A stretch of 64,000 nt of DNA from Thalia democratica. Lineage: Eukaryota. Positions 27,083 to 39,710 of this stretch are shown in pieces. The position numbers and the translations under genes were made by a program. The DNA is taken from contig OZ241826.1 in assembly GCA_965202585.1 (NCBI GenBank), forward strand, positions 20,708,001-20,772,000, written 5' to 3'. The notes below the pieces were generated by a model. The model was not told the DNA's origin, searched no databases, and was given only the letters and a program-made list of their open reading frames with translations. The stretch's first letter is position 1, and every line of letters starts with the position of its first letter.

Positions 27083-27633
27083 TGTAAGCAGTGGATGTTG
27101 GTGCCTCATGGCCCAAAGGTTCAGAGAGATCAGGTTGACCGCCAGAGGGCGTATTGTCAACCTGACCTTTTTCCTCATGCACCTGCTGTAAACGTGCAGA
27201 GGCCCTAGTCCGCTTGCGCTTTGGGGATAGCTTAACAAGGGGCTCGTTATTACTGCTTAGGTTTATTTTTCTCATAATTATTTAATATAAGAATAGACAG
27301 GAAGTTGAAAATGGTACTATTTATATAAAAATTAAAAACACACAATAAATACTGCGACACTATTTAAAAATATACTTACTAACAAAACACCTGGAAGGTG
27401 TCAAACTGAACAAGTAGTTAATATGTTTATAAACACCCAATAATTTAAATTACTTGAAATACCAAATACAAAATACAAGAGTCAGACTATAATGTATAAC
27501 TCTTTATAGAATAGTTTATCTAAAACACAGTAGATTAAATAATTTAATTCTACTAAAGAATTATAAGCTGGCAAACACAATTCAATAATGCAGCTGATAC
27601 TGAAAAAGCAAACAGAATATATATATTTTGTTA
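27083..27633 (-). repeat. 3' LTR of the gypsy element
   Basis: Roughly 94-95% identical by eye to 33730-34280; ends ...gcttaCA on the minus strand. Confidence 0.8.
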
Positions 27634-29202
27634 GGAAAAACAATATATATACTAACACTAATTACAATGTATTTGTCTATTAGTCACGCTTGACTGCACT
27701 AAAGTTGCAACGTGAAATGTTCATGCTTTATAACAAACACAAAATCCGCAAGTCAGGGTTAGTGTTTGTTACACTACCCTTCCTTGCAGATTTTTTTTTT
27801 GAAGAGGATCTTCACCTTACCTCCTCCTGGCTGCTCAAAAATTGTGTCACTCACACCCGCCGCCGAAAATTTTCTTTGCAAGGGTTATCTTCCCAAGCAC
27901 TGCAGCATACACCTTTCTTCAGGTGGGCAAGTCAACGAACTCCTCATTGGTGAAGTAAATGAGGTCGTGGGGAATGAAGACTTGTTCAAAATTTGCAAAC
28001 GACAAACTTCCCCCTCCACTAACATGGGGTGGCACTGCAAGAAAAACATCCTGGTTGACTTTTAGAATGTCACGAACTGGACAACGATCAACACACCATC
28101 AACGATTTGGTGGCACTTTGTTTGACCAGGGTAACTCCCTCTCATGGTGATGATGACCTTGCAGGTGGCTTGGGAGGTGATACGGGCTGCTGTATTTTGT
28201 ACAAGAAAAGGCCACTCAGATGCCCTTTCCAAGTCTTGACATGGTGCTTTGATGAATCATCGAGCAACAATTTCATTAAAATTAAAAAAAAATTAGTCAT
28301 GTCAAAATAGGTTTTTTTCTAATTAACTTAATTGCAAAGTTGCCACTCTTTGTGTGAAAACTATCATGAGTTATTCAAATTTTTCTTTTTTTTTTTTTTA
28401 AATTCCCACAAAAAATTTATATGATAATTTCTAAAACTAATAAGATTAAATTATTAATTTATTTTTTTAATTCCCTTTAACATATGTAAAACTGGCTTGA
28501 GTGTGTGGCAACTTCCAATTGTCTAACAATAAAATGTACACACATTTATCAAATAATCTCTACATAATTCAAATTAGTAATAAGGTAAACTTAAAGTAAT
28601 ATTTAAATTTACTGCCCAATAAAGGTGATACAACAATAAAAATTCAGTTTTTTTCAAATACTTTATTTAAAAAAAAAACCTGTAATACTTAAATCATAAA
28701 AATATTAAAGCAAAAAAAATCTTAAACAGTTTTGTAAATGAAAATTGGTCATATCATTAAAATATTTGGCAATGCACTAAAAAAAAACCTCCAAGTGTCA
28801 AACAATTTTTATATATTCTTTTATCATATTGATATCACTAAAACAACCCCAATAAGTACTTAGTGTCATTTAAGAAAAGTAAGGTTGTTCAATTTGATGT
28901 AATAATTTTAAAAAAATAGGCTAGTTGCTGCAATGTAAAAGTACTTAAATTCAAATCAGCTCAAAATTCAAAATGTGCATAATTGCTCAAAAAGTACTAG
29001 TTCAACAAAAAAAAACTTGAAATGTGCAAATCTGTATTAAAAGTTTTTAGTACGACATCAAGCATAATAAAGGTGGCCAGTCTATAAACAGAGATAAACT
29101 AGCAGCAAACACCTTACAAAATACAGAAACATTACCAACTGTGCTGTCTGATCAAGCCCTATAATACAAGGGACTTAAAAAAAATTGTTATACTTTATGG
29201 AT

Positions 29203-32200
29203 CACGAATCTTCAGAGCTTGATGTTTCAGCGTACTTTACTTGATTTTTACGTTCCCTTAAGTTATAATTGCCAGAAGATGTAACCCGGGGAATATATGC
29301 TTTTACATTTTGCATAGAAACTTTTACTAATCCAGAATTTTCTGAATTATCATGCTGTTCTCTGAGCGTGAGTGCATTTTATACGGACCGTAATATAATG
29401 AACTAAGTTTTCTTTTATTTTGTCTTCTAAACCATACCCATTTGCATTCAAATATGTTTGGTTCGTAATAAGGCTTATTATTATAGCGTTTGAACTCTCT
29501 TCCAGTTTTTGCCATGTGTTTAAGAACATCTTAGTATTTAAGCAATTGGGTGTACTAACAACTGAGCTCTTCTTAACTTCGTCAAACATCTCACTTCCTG
29601 AAATACTTGATGATGCCCCTAGGGCATATTGTGATGGGGTATAGGGCGAGCCTTCCACAAAGGTATTATTGACGGCTGCTGTTATTATAGGCAAATGTAG
29701 AGCCCATGTTGTCTTATCTGTTAGAGCGCGAAGTGCTACATTGAGAGTTTTATGTTGTCTTTCAATAAAGCCATTTGTTTGAGTGCTGTATGGGTTTACT
29801 AAACGATGTTATACTCCTAATTGTTCAAATGCTTCAGTCAGTACAGTATCTAAAAACTCACGGCCATTGTCTGAGACAACTATTTGGGGAACGCCAAAGG
29901 GACCAAACCAGCATTGGAAAAAAGCATTTCTAACCGTTATAGCTTTTTTATCTGGAATTGGCATGGTCACAAGAAAACCTGTGGCCCGGTCTTTAGCTGT
30001 TAAAATAAGTTTATTCTTACATGAAGCTTCATTTAAGGGACCAACAAGATCTATATGAACAAACTGAAATCGTCCAGTGTTGTCTGGAAAAAAAAACCTT
30101 TTTTTGGACGATTATATCTGGTAACTTTTGTTGCTTGACAAACAACACAACTTCGGATGAAATCAGTTACATCTTTTTTTAAAGTTGGCCATTAATAGTC
30201 GTTTGAAATGGCTTCAATTTTTTTGTCAATACCCAAGTGTAATCTATCATGAATTAAGTTGAAAGCTGTAAGACGCAATGTTTCGGGAAGAATTACTCTT
30301 TCATTGCCTTCATCTATAATCACTGCCAAATTTTCAAGTTTTACATACACAATTTCTTCATCCATATTACATATGGCCTCTATCAACCCTTTTTCCTTAG
30401 CTTGTAGTGTCGCGATTGCCTTCTTATCTATCATCTTAGAGCTAATATCATCTATTTTCATATTGGTTTCTTCTGTGCTAAAAATTTGGGGGCTTATAAG
30501 TGGCTCTTTGTCAACAATACTATAATCCTCTGAATTATTGCTACTTTTGTCAGACTCAGATGTGTATACATATTCTGAATTTTCTTTGCACACCTTTGCA
30601 TACATCACCTTGGCTTGTAGTGGTCGGCTCAAGATATCGGCTACTACATTTTTTTGCCCGTCAGTATGTCTAATTATTGGGTTAAACATCTTTTTAGCGC
30701 ATATCCAGCGCTGTTCAGCTGGAGATTGATTACCAATTTCATTTATAATGGCCCTTTCTACAGATTTACTATCAGTTCTTATAATTAAAGTTTTGCCTAA
30801 CACTCTGCTTAGAAAATGCTTAAGGGCGAAATACACCCCACGAAGCTCTTTATAAAAAGTGAAACGTACCTGCTTGGTTGGGGGAAATTTTTTTGAAAAG
30901 AATGCCAGGGGTTTCATCTGTCAATCTTTCCCTTCTTGTTCTAAAACTGCTCCAACATGACTATCTGAAGCATCAGTAAACAGGGTCAGAGGTTTTGATG
31001 GTCTTCAAAACTTATTCTTGCTGCCTCAGCCAACAGAGCTATTGTGTCATTATAAGCTTTGATTTGTATGTCCGTTTGTTTTATAATTTTCCTATTGCTC
31101 TTTTTAGGTCCCCCTGAAATTTATGTTAGTGGTGACATTACTTTTGCTAAGTTTGGAATTAGTTTATGGTAATAGCTGACCATTCCAATAAATCTTTATA
31201 ACTCCTTTCGTGTTTTTGGCAAATTTAACTTTTTGAATGCTTCGACTTTAGATTCCATGACATCAATGCCGTCAACACCTACAGTATGTCCTAAAAAGTC
31301 TACCTTAGATTTTGCAAAGGAACATTTTGTTTTATTTAAAAAAAATCCGTTTTTTGATAATGTTTCTAAAACCTGTTTTAAATGTGCAATATGGCTGTCC
31401 TCAGAATCTGAGAATATAAGAATATCATCTAAGTAGATAAAAGTAAAGGCTCTACATGATAACAATATACTATCCATAAATTGTTGAAAGCGTGTTGGTG
31501 CATTTCGCAAGCCAAAAGACGTTACCTTAGGAACAAACACCCCAGAATTAGTAATAATTGCAGCTTATTTTGTGAGTTTGGGTGAAGGGGTAAACTGTAA
31601 TAAGCTTCTTTTAAGTCTAATAGGCTAAAAAAACGAGTGCCTCCAGGAATTTTTTCAGAGAGTGAGTCTATACGAGGTAGCGGATATGAAAAAGGGTGTG
31701 TGTGGGCATTTAGAAACGTATAAACTACACAAATACGCAAATCCCCATCTTTTTTTGGTACTACTGTGATTGGTGACGCACACGTTTTAGCATTACCTCT
31801 TACAACTGCTCCTCTAGTAATGAAGTCTTTAAAATTTTCATCAACTTTTTTTTGACATTTTACATTACATCTACGTGCCTTGGTCTTGCGGGGTGTATAG
31901 TTATCAACTATAATTTCTAAGGAATGGTTATGTTTTCTGGGAGCAGAGTAATTAGGAATTTTAGTAAGTTCAGGGTAGTTTGTTAGTAATTTTTCACACT
32001 TTGCCTCTAAGGTTGTACTGTTGTTTGCTTTAGCTTCTGCTGTATTTATTGCTAAAACTACAGGTGTAGGCAAGTTTTCAGCTTTGAACAATTTAGTTGT
32101 TCTGTTTGATGGATGATGTGACATTTTCAAAGCAAATGGGCATATTGTCAACTCATTAGCCATTAAAATGTCCATACCTAAAATCCCATAATTTCTAAAT

Positions 32201-32500
32201 TCTTGTATGACCCACAAGTTATGTTTTATAGTTTCTAAACTACCTAACATAAGTTTCAAACATACACTTCCTATTGGGTGAATTTTGTTATCACCTATGC
32301 CCTTTATAATTGTACTAAACGGTTTAAAATAGTGGTTAATGCCATTTGTTAGGTTTTTTGGCAATATTGTAACCTCACAACCTGAGTTAACTAAGAAAAG
32401 TACATTAGTTTTTTTATCTATAACAAATAATAGACTTTGGGGTAAACTTTTTGGGTCAATAGATGGGGTTTTTGTAATAGAAAATGACCTATTGGTTTTG
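29203..32500 (-). pseudogene. pol: pol region: aspartic protease, RT, RNase H, integrase (disrupted)
   Basis: Protease FLVNSG (catalytic Asp to Asn, 32386-32388). RT SPITVVPKKDGDLRIC, FGLRNAP, YLDD (31424-31435). RNase H TDASD...AFFSKK. Integrase HHCC-type region, VHIDLVGPL, SDNGREF, NGFIERQH, C-terminal VSMQNVKAY; last stop at 29203. Confidence 0.92.
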
Positions 32501-32629
32501 ATATTTTGACTTGCCCTATTATTATGACCTAGTTCAGCTTGAATATTTCCACCCTGCAATGGCTGATAAGACCTCCTTAGGTTAATAGCGGAACGTGAAT
32601 AAGCTGATTTAACAGACCTAGTAAGAGGT

Positions 32630-33923
32630 TTATTGTCCCCATATTCTTGCCCTCTTACTGATGTGAAGACGGGAGTTCGTTTTTTTTTTGTGATCATGCC
32701 TGTTGATATAAAGTTTTTGGTCAAAATTTCTATTTTGGTTAGGACCTTCTCCTGAGTACCCCTGATAACGGTTATGCTCATAATTCCGGAAATATTTCTG
32801 TTTGTTTCGAGTATTTTCATGCCATCTCTGTTTGTTAAAGTACTGCCTGTTGTTTTTGAAACGTTGAGGTTCATATGCAAAATTTTTGGCTTGTTCAAAA
32901 ACTATATCTTCTTCTATATCGCATATCAATTCTGTACGTTTAAGAAATTCATCATATTTAAGTCCAAAACACTCTTTAATCTTTTTCTTCAAATTTAACC
33001 CTATCCTCCTCTTTTGCTTTAGCCCATTATTTGGCTGACAGAAATAAATCTTGGAACTTTACTGGCTCCGACCATGATGGACTTGCGCCTAGTATACGAG
33101 GCAATTTACTAATTTTGCCTTGTAAAATTTTTTTTTAAGACTTTTGTACGTTCTGTCTTCATCATGTGTTTCTATAAAATCTATGAAATCTGAGCGTGGC
33201 CATATTCTCTGAAGAATTTCAAATTTTTCATTGTTATCTGTGATTCCATAAATTTTACATCTGTCATTAAAAAATTTTAATTCCAAAACAGGATCCCTTA
33301 CATTTTTTATTTGTGAAAAAAGTTCACAATTTTCTAGTGTCTTCTGTTTAAAACTTTGGCTGTATGCAAAATTTTCAGTTTGTGAAGTGTTATTTAACAG
33401 ACTGCCACTATTGTGTTTTTGTTGAAGTTTGGTTTCATTTTCCCCTATCCTATTGTAAATTGAGTCAAGTTCTTTTTTTAGTTTAGACTTTTTCTCTAAT
33501 AACTTAGCTTTTGCTACTAACTTTGTCAGTTCTTTAATCTCTAAATCTTCTGTTTCTAAAGAACTGACATCACTTAAAGACTGGTTTTGTTTATTGTGTT
33601 GAGTATAGGGGGCGTGAGGTTTTTGTAGGCCATAGTGTTCTTCATTAGGGATGTTTAAATTATAATTAGTTGTCTTTGGTTTATTCAACTGTTCGAAAGG
33701 CTGGTTATTTTTCCCCTGAGAAACGCCAATGTAAGCAGTGGATGTTGGTGCCTCATGGCCCAAAGGTTCAGAGAGATCAGGTTGACCGTCAGAAGGGGGT
33801 ATTGTTAACCTGACTTTTTTCCTCATGCACCTGCTGTAAACGTGCAGAGGCCCTAGTCCGCTTGCGCTTGGGGGATAGCTTAACAAGGCGCTCGTTATTA
33901 CTGCTTAGGTTATTTTTAATCAT
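32630..33923 (-). pseudogene. gag: gag-like region of the gypsy element (frameshifted)
   Basis: ORFs 33089-33886 and 32630-32992 lie upstream of the protease; capsid-like segment ELKFFNDRCKIYGITDNNEKFEIL. The inferred ATG at 33923 lies inside the LTR. Confidence 0.6.
33711..33728 (-). promoter_or_regulatory. Putative primer-binding site TGGCGTTTCTCAGG...
   Basis: Starts 1 nt after the LTR-terminal CA with TGG (complement of tRNA CCA) and is absent beside the other LTR. Cognate tRNA not identified. Confidence 0.65.
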
Positions 33924-34280
33924 AATTATTTAATATAAGAACAGACAGGAAGTTGAAAATGGCACTATTTATATACAAAATAAAAACACACAAATAATAC
34001 TGCGACACTATTTAAAAAATACTAACTAACAAAACACCTGGAAGGTGTCAAACTGAACAAGTAGTTAATATGTTTATAAACACCCAATAATCTAAATTAC
34101 TTGAAATACCAAATACAAAATACAAGAGTCAGATTATAATGTATAACTCTTTATAGAATAGTTTATCTAAAACTCAATAGGTTAACTAAGTTAATTCTAC
34201 TAAAGAATTATAAGCTGCCAATAACAATTCTATAATGCAGCTGATACTGAAAAAGCAAACAGAATATATATATTTTGTTA
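33730..34280 (-). repeat. 5' LTR of the gypsy element
   Basis: Direct repeat of 27083-27633; ends in CA and is followed by a TGG-initiated PBS-like site. The outer end lacks a canonical TG. Confidence 0.8.
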
Positions 34281-35129
34281 TGTTTTGTTCTTTTAGAAGC
34301 GTGGTATGTAGACACTTATAAGATTTATGTCTAACATACTATCTATTAGTCGAGTATAAATAAAAAAGTTTAGTAATTAAATACTAAGTTATTTTTTTTT
34401 GGATATACAAACTAAACAGTAACTTAAACATAAAATGTGGTTTAGCTTTAAGATCTTTCCACTAAAATCTACCTAATAACACTAAAAACAAAATTGCAAC
34501 GAACAAGAGCATTTTTAATCAATAACATATAGAATTAAGCTATCAGTATTTAACATATGTCTAAAATATCTAATAACTTGAAACAAAATGAGTTAATTAA
34601 TCCATTTGACTCTCGATCAAAAGCTAACCTGTTGAAGACACTTGTTACCTATTATTTGTAAATTGTAAGAGGTCTATTTAAAAATCTTGTATTTTTTTGT
34701 TATTACATAATAATTTATAAGTTTGACGAAAATTTTGTAATAAGTTTTAAATCAGGTTTAAAGCTATTTTTGTTGCATTTCGCATGAGTTTTATCCCACA
34801 AAACTAGTTTATCTATCTAAACAATGATGAACAAATAAAAAGTTGTTATAAGTTAAACAAATTACCAGCTAAAATCTGATCAAGATGCTAACTACATTAA
34901 AAAATGATTAAAATTCACAAATTTGAAGTTGCACAATATTTTTCTGCAGTTTTACAAAAAATGACAGAAAATTCGAAAAGAAATCAACAAAACTAAAGTT
35001 AATTGCCGCATTATCTTGATATATCTTCGGTAAGTTAGTTACCTTTAAAACATTTATTTCTGAATATACATTATTTTATCAATATTAAGTTTTTACTATA
35101 AAGCTAATTAAAAACATTTTATTATTTGA

Positions 35130-35580
35130 CTTGATCTTAATAGAAGACATAGGAAAATTAGCTAGACAAAAAGAATAAAGAACAGCTTTGGATAATTGAC
35201 CGTGGATATCCGTTCTCAGTGACGGGATGGAAGAAAGTGAAAAAAAAGAATAGCTTGTTAAAGAAGAGGTACTGCAGTAAAATCGCAAATTAACATTGAC
35301 TGCGTCATGAACAAAAGCGATTTCGAGAAACGACATTTTAGTGGTAATAAAGATGATTGTAGAAAAGCTAATCAGATATCATAAATCTTACAAACATGGC
35401 AGTTAGCAGTTCTATGCGCCGTTTAAAAGAAACGAGAAACTGAGTGAAGAAAGCGGAAATTATTTGGTTGGCAAAAGCAATATGGAGAAGTAGGGAACAA
35501 AGGAAAGTTTTTTTGTTGTTGAAAGTAGACTCCTCTGGCGTGTCCGTTTTTACAAAGGGATAGAAAGACAATTTGCATAC
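35130..35580 (+). other. GC-richer decayed coding-like fragment, possibly a DNA-transposase relic
   Basis: Stop-interrupted plus frame contains PWISVLSDG...SEKKE*LV, weakly resembling the first catalytic-Asp region of hAT/ZNF862-type transposases. No other motif confirmed. Confidence 0.22.
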
Positions 35581-36623
35581 TAATTTGTTGAATGTAGGCT
35601 TTACTAGAGTGTTTAAATTTTATTTAAGAGCAGTTCTGTATTTTTAACATTGAAATAAAAAAGTATGTTATATTACGCTTCTCTACTTATAACTTTTAAT
35701 TCATACATAATAGCTGTTGATTAGATATAAGATTAAGTACTTAACTTTGTATTGTCGATTGGTTTCTAACTTATACAATAGCTGAGTTAAGATAGGGATT
35801 TTAGTGATCACAAAATTGTGTTAGAGTTACTTACTCACTTTAACATACATAATAGTTAAGTTTAAGCATGTCTATCTTAAGATATTTAGTAATTACTACT
35901 TAGTTAGTATATCAAGAATATACATTAGTTTAGTAAGCATAACAATATTATTTAAACATAGTTTTGCAAGGCGTTTTCTAATTATATTTAAGTAAGCAGA
36001 TAAAAGATCAGACTGAAAAAAAAAGTGACAGTATTTAACATTGATTGTTTTATACCAGTAGCTAATAATATAAAATCTTATCATTTTGGATATTAGTTTT
36101 ATATCGTATGGTTTATGATTGTTTGTTTCGTAAGTAATCGTTAATTTTCTAAATTTTTTTTCGTCCAATTTGATTTTTTTTTAATGCATAAAAAGTAAAA
36201 AAAAGTACAATTAAACACTTATTTACAGATTTTTTTGATATACTCTACATAAAACAGTTTTTTTTTTCTTAACTTAACTAGTTTTGTTAATTTAGTTGGA
36301 GCTAGCAGTATGTTCCTAAATAAAACAAAATAACAAGTATTCTAACATTAAAATTTAAGAAAGTATGCTAATGACTGTTTTTATTTAAAGTAGTCAAATA
36401 AAATGTTAAGGTGGATAAAATACTACAATTTCATCTCTTAGTTATAACTTAAGAATTCTTATTGCAACAAAAAACCTCATAATAAAGAAACAGATGAATT
36501 AGTTTAAAAAAAAAATCTGTTGTCCAAACTATAGAAATTATTGAACAAAACGTATATAAACATTTTACTAGTTTCACTTTTTGTGTTAGGCTGCACAATG
36601 AGCCTGGAAGTTAATACTATCAT

Positions 36624-37501
36624 TCAAAAAAATGTCTTTGAAAACCCATCTATTTTATCAACGTTGTACACATAGAAATATAGTTTACTATAAGAGTAAG
36701 AAAACACAAATAGTTTGTTACTCATACTAAATGTTTTGAAGTGAGAATTGCTTAATGAAATTTTTCTAATATGATTGTCATATACTTCAGAACGTGATAG
36801 ATCATCTACAGTAATTACAAACATTCTATACCCATACTAACTGCAGAATGAAAACATTTAGCCTCAATCATATCAGATAAATAAGTCCATTTATTTTGAT
36901 AATAGTCATATGATTCTACAGAGTCTAAACTCCATTCAATTTCTTTTCTTCCTCCAGTAAGAACAATTTTACCTTCAAAAACTGTACAAGCTGAATAAAT
37001 TCTCTTTGTTTGTAAGCTTTAAACTTGATACCACTTATTGTCTTTTGGTTCATACTTGTAACTATTATTTGTATAAATAGTATTTATATACACATCATTA
37101 GGATAGTAAATTCTAAAACTACCGCCAAATACATAAACACTTTTCATAAATGAACAAACACTATACCTATCAAATCCTGAATGTATAGGTTTTAACTCTT
37201 TCCAGTGTTTCGTCTTAGTAGAAAACATTTCGCAAGAAGATATCCAACCATGATTAGCTTTATATCCACCCAGTACATAAATATCAGAACCAATAACAGC
37301 TGTTTTGCTTGAACATCTTGATTTTAACGTTGGAACCAATTTAACCGAAAACTTAAGGTCAGGATATATCAAATTAGTAACTTCATTTGTAGCAGTAATA
37401 TTCTTACTGATGCCTCCACAAATAACGACATCAAATTCATCTTAATTGCAATAACGATTTTCATACTAAATTCGAGGTATATCACGACAAGGTTTAGTCA
37501 T
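36624..37501 (-). pseudogene. Kelch-repeat gene copy with stops and frameshifts
   Basis: MTKPCRDIPRI*YENRYCN*DEFDVVICGG, ORF 37019-37372 (TAVIGSDIYVLGG, SVCSFMKSVYVFGG), ACTVFEGKIVLTGG, ORF 36624-36824. Confidence 0.85.
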
Positions 37502-39277
37502 TTTTTTAATGATAGTTTAATTAAACCTTATTAGAAAGTACTAAAAAACTGTTTTATAAAGACATAAAACAATGGGTTACCAATGGTAAGTCTCACAGAA
37601 ATTAAACTTTATCTATTAAAAAATAGTAAAAACTGTTTTCTTAATTTAATTAATTTTATATTAATTGCCAAAATATAAAGAATGTCATAAAATATAGATT
37701 CTTAGTTAGTTTTCTATATTGTTTTTATTAAAACACAATCTCAGCAACTGTCTCACTAAAATATTCTATTGCAGAATAATCGAATGTTAAAAAAAGTTTT
37801 TACATATAAAAATATTATAATTTAGACGATAAGGTTATTATATCTTCCTATTTTATTTTGACAAAATTTTACTTAGATTGAAGTTTATAGAAGTTTTCGA
37901 TAATATATAAACTTACATTAGACTACTAAGTTCGTTTTACAGAAAGAAATAACAAAGTCTAAAACAAGTTTTAGTAGTTAATCAAATAAACCTCTGATTA
38001 CTAATAACAACATAGCTATATATGATTATATGTTTTTTAACGGATTAAGTTTTTTTATATAAGTTTTGGTTTGTTTTCAAAAAAAACTTTTCAATATTAA
38101 AAGTTATATGTTTTATCTAAGTTAACAAATGTTAAGGAAACTAGAAATAGTTTTCTAAAACTGTGTTTTCAAACTATATTAATTAGCATAAATTTTTAAT
38201 TGTTTATAAGTATAAACTCTTAAACTTAAATATTTTTCAAGTCTTAAGTTTTTTTTTATTAATGGTTTTTATGTTAGTTAACTAGCAAACACATTTTTTT
38301 TCTTTTACTTAACGTATATAGTTAAGCTACTTTGTATTCATGTTTCACAACTTTAAAAAAAATTAAGATAATTGGTTCGGCATCCCACTGTATAACGCAA
38401 GTAAAATAACAAATAAAAAAGCAAATAACTTGCAAAAAAGCAGTTTGATAATTATGTTTTTTAATCAAATCTAGTGTATTTATAATTTTTTTTAAGTCAT
38501 TAATTGAACTTTTACAGTCAAAATTTATAAAAAAGTTAGTTGTTTTAAATGTTTTATAACCTTTTACTTATTATTAAAAAACACTTAATTGTTTCAATCA
38601 GACAAAAAAAACATTTACTTTTGTTGTTTTTATTTTAGAATTTGGAATACATCTAACTTTTCTTAATATAAAGTTTAAACTTGCAACTTGCTATCTAAAC
38701 TCAATCTGTTTGGATTTTTTGAATTGTGTTTTTTGAAGCACTTTTGATTTTATAAAATGCTATATACATGTAAAATTCTCATAATAGTTTTTGAATAAAC
38801 AACTTTCAAAAAGAAGTAGAGCCGTACTGAAACCACAACATTTTATAAATATATTTTTATTGTTATACTGTGCATACTTTATAATAAAGAAATTGTTATA
38901 AAATAATTGTGAAAATTGTGATGTGATCTTTTTAAGTTTGCAATTAAACATAAACTTTTTAACAATGATGAAATGTAAATATTTGAAAAAATGATAAAAA
39001 ATTCAATTAATTCTGTTGATACGTTTTTATCACTCGCATATTTAATGCTAAATCTCTACATTTGTAATATAAAAATCGTGTTATAACTCGCTCATAAGAT
39101 AGTGTAATTTAATTTTTTTTATACTTTGAAACATTTTTAAAAATTATGTTTAGGTGAAGATAAATACAAAACAAGAAATACAGTAATAACTTTCAAATTA
39201 ATCAAAATTACATTGGAATAAATTACCAGACGATAGTAAGTTATGTTGTATATTTAAAATAAATTTATTAACGGTTT

Positions 39278-39710
39278 ACTATCATTTCTAACCCGATCAC
39301 TTCTAACCCGATCACTTCTAACCCGATCATTTCTAACCCGATCACTTTTAACTCGATCACTTCTAACTCGATCATTTCTAACCCGATCACTTATAACCCG
39401 ATCACTTCTAACCCGATCACTTCTAACCCGATCACTTAATACCCGATCACTTCTAACCCGATCAATTCTAACCCAATCACTTCTAACTCGATCATTTCTA
39501 ACCCGATCACTTCTAACCCGATCATTTCTAACCCGATCACTTCTAAACCAATCATTTCTAACAAGATCATTTCTAACCCAATCACTTCTGACCCAATTAA
39601 ACCCGATCATTTCTAACCCGATCATATCTAACCCGATCATATCTTACCCGATCATTTCTAATCCGATCGTTTCTAACCCGATCATATCTAACCCGATCAT
39701 ATCTAACCCG
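39278..39710 (-). repeat. 15-bp minisatellite (tttctaacccgatca)n, ~29 units
   Basis: Direct reading; source of spurious ORF 39254-39640. Confidence 0.95.

Larger units (their letters stand above)
27083..34280 (-). mobile_element. Decayed Ty3/gypsy LTR retrotransposon (~7.2 kb), gag-PR-RT-RNaseH-IN order
   Basis: 551-bp direct repeats at both ends, a PBS-like site, and domain order typical of Ty3/gypsy. Many stops and frameshifts. Confidence 0.92.

Noticed and set aside
28150-28200. KH-like motif (ARITSQATCKVIITMRGSYP) on the minus strand
   Set aside because: Only a short superficial resemblance in a stop-bounded frame; not enough to call a domain.
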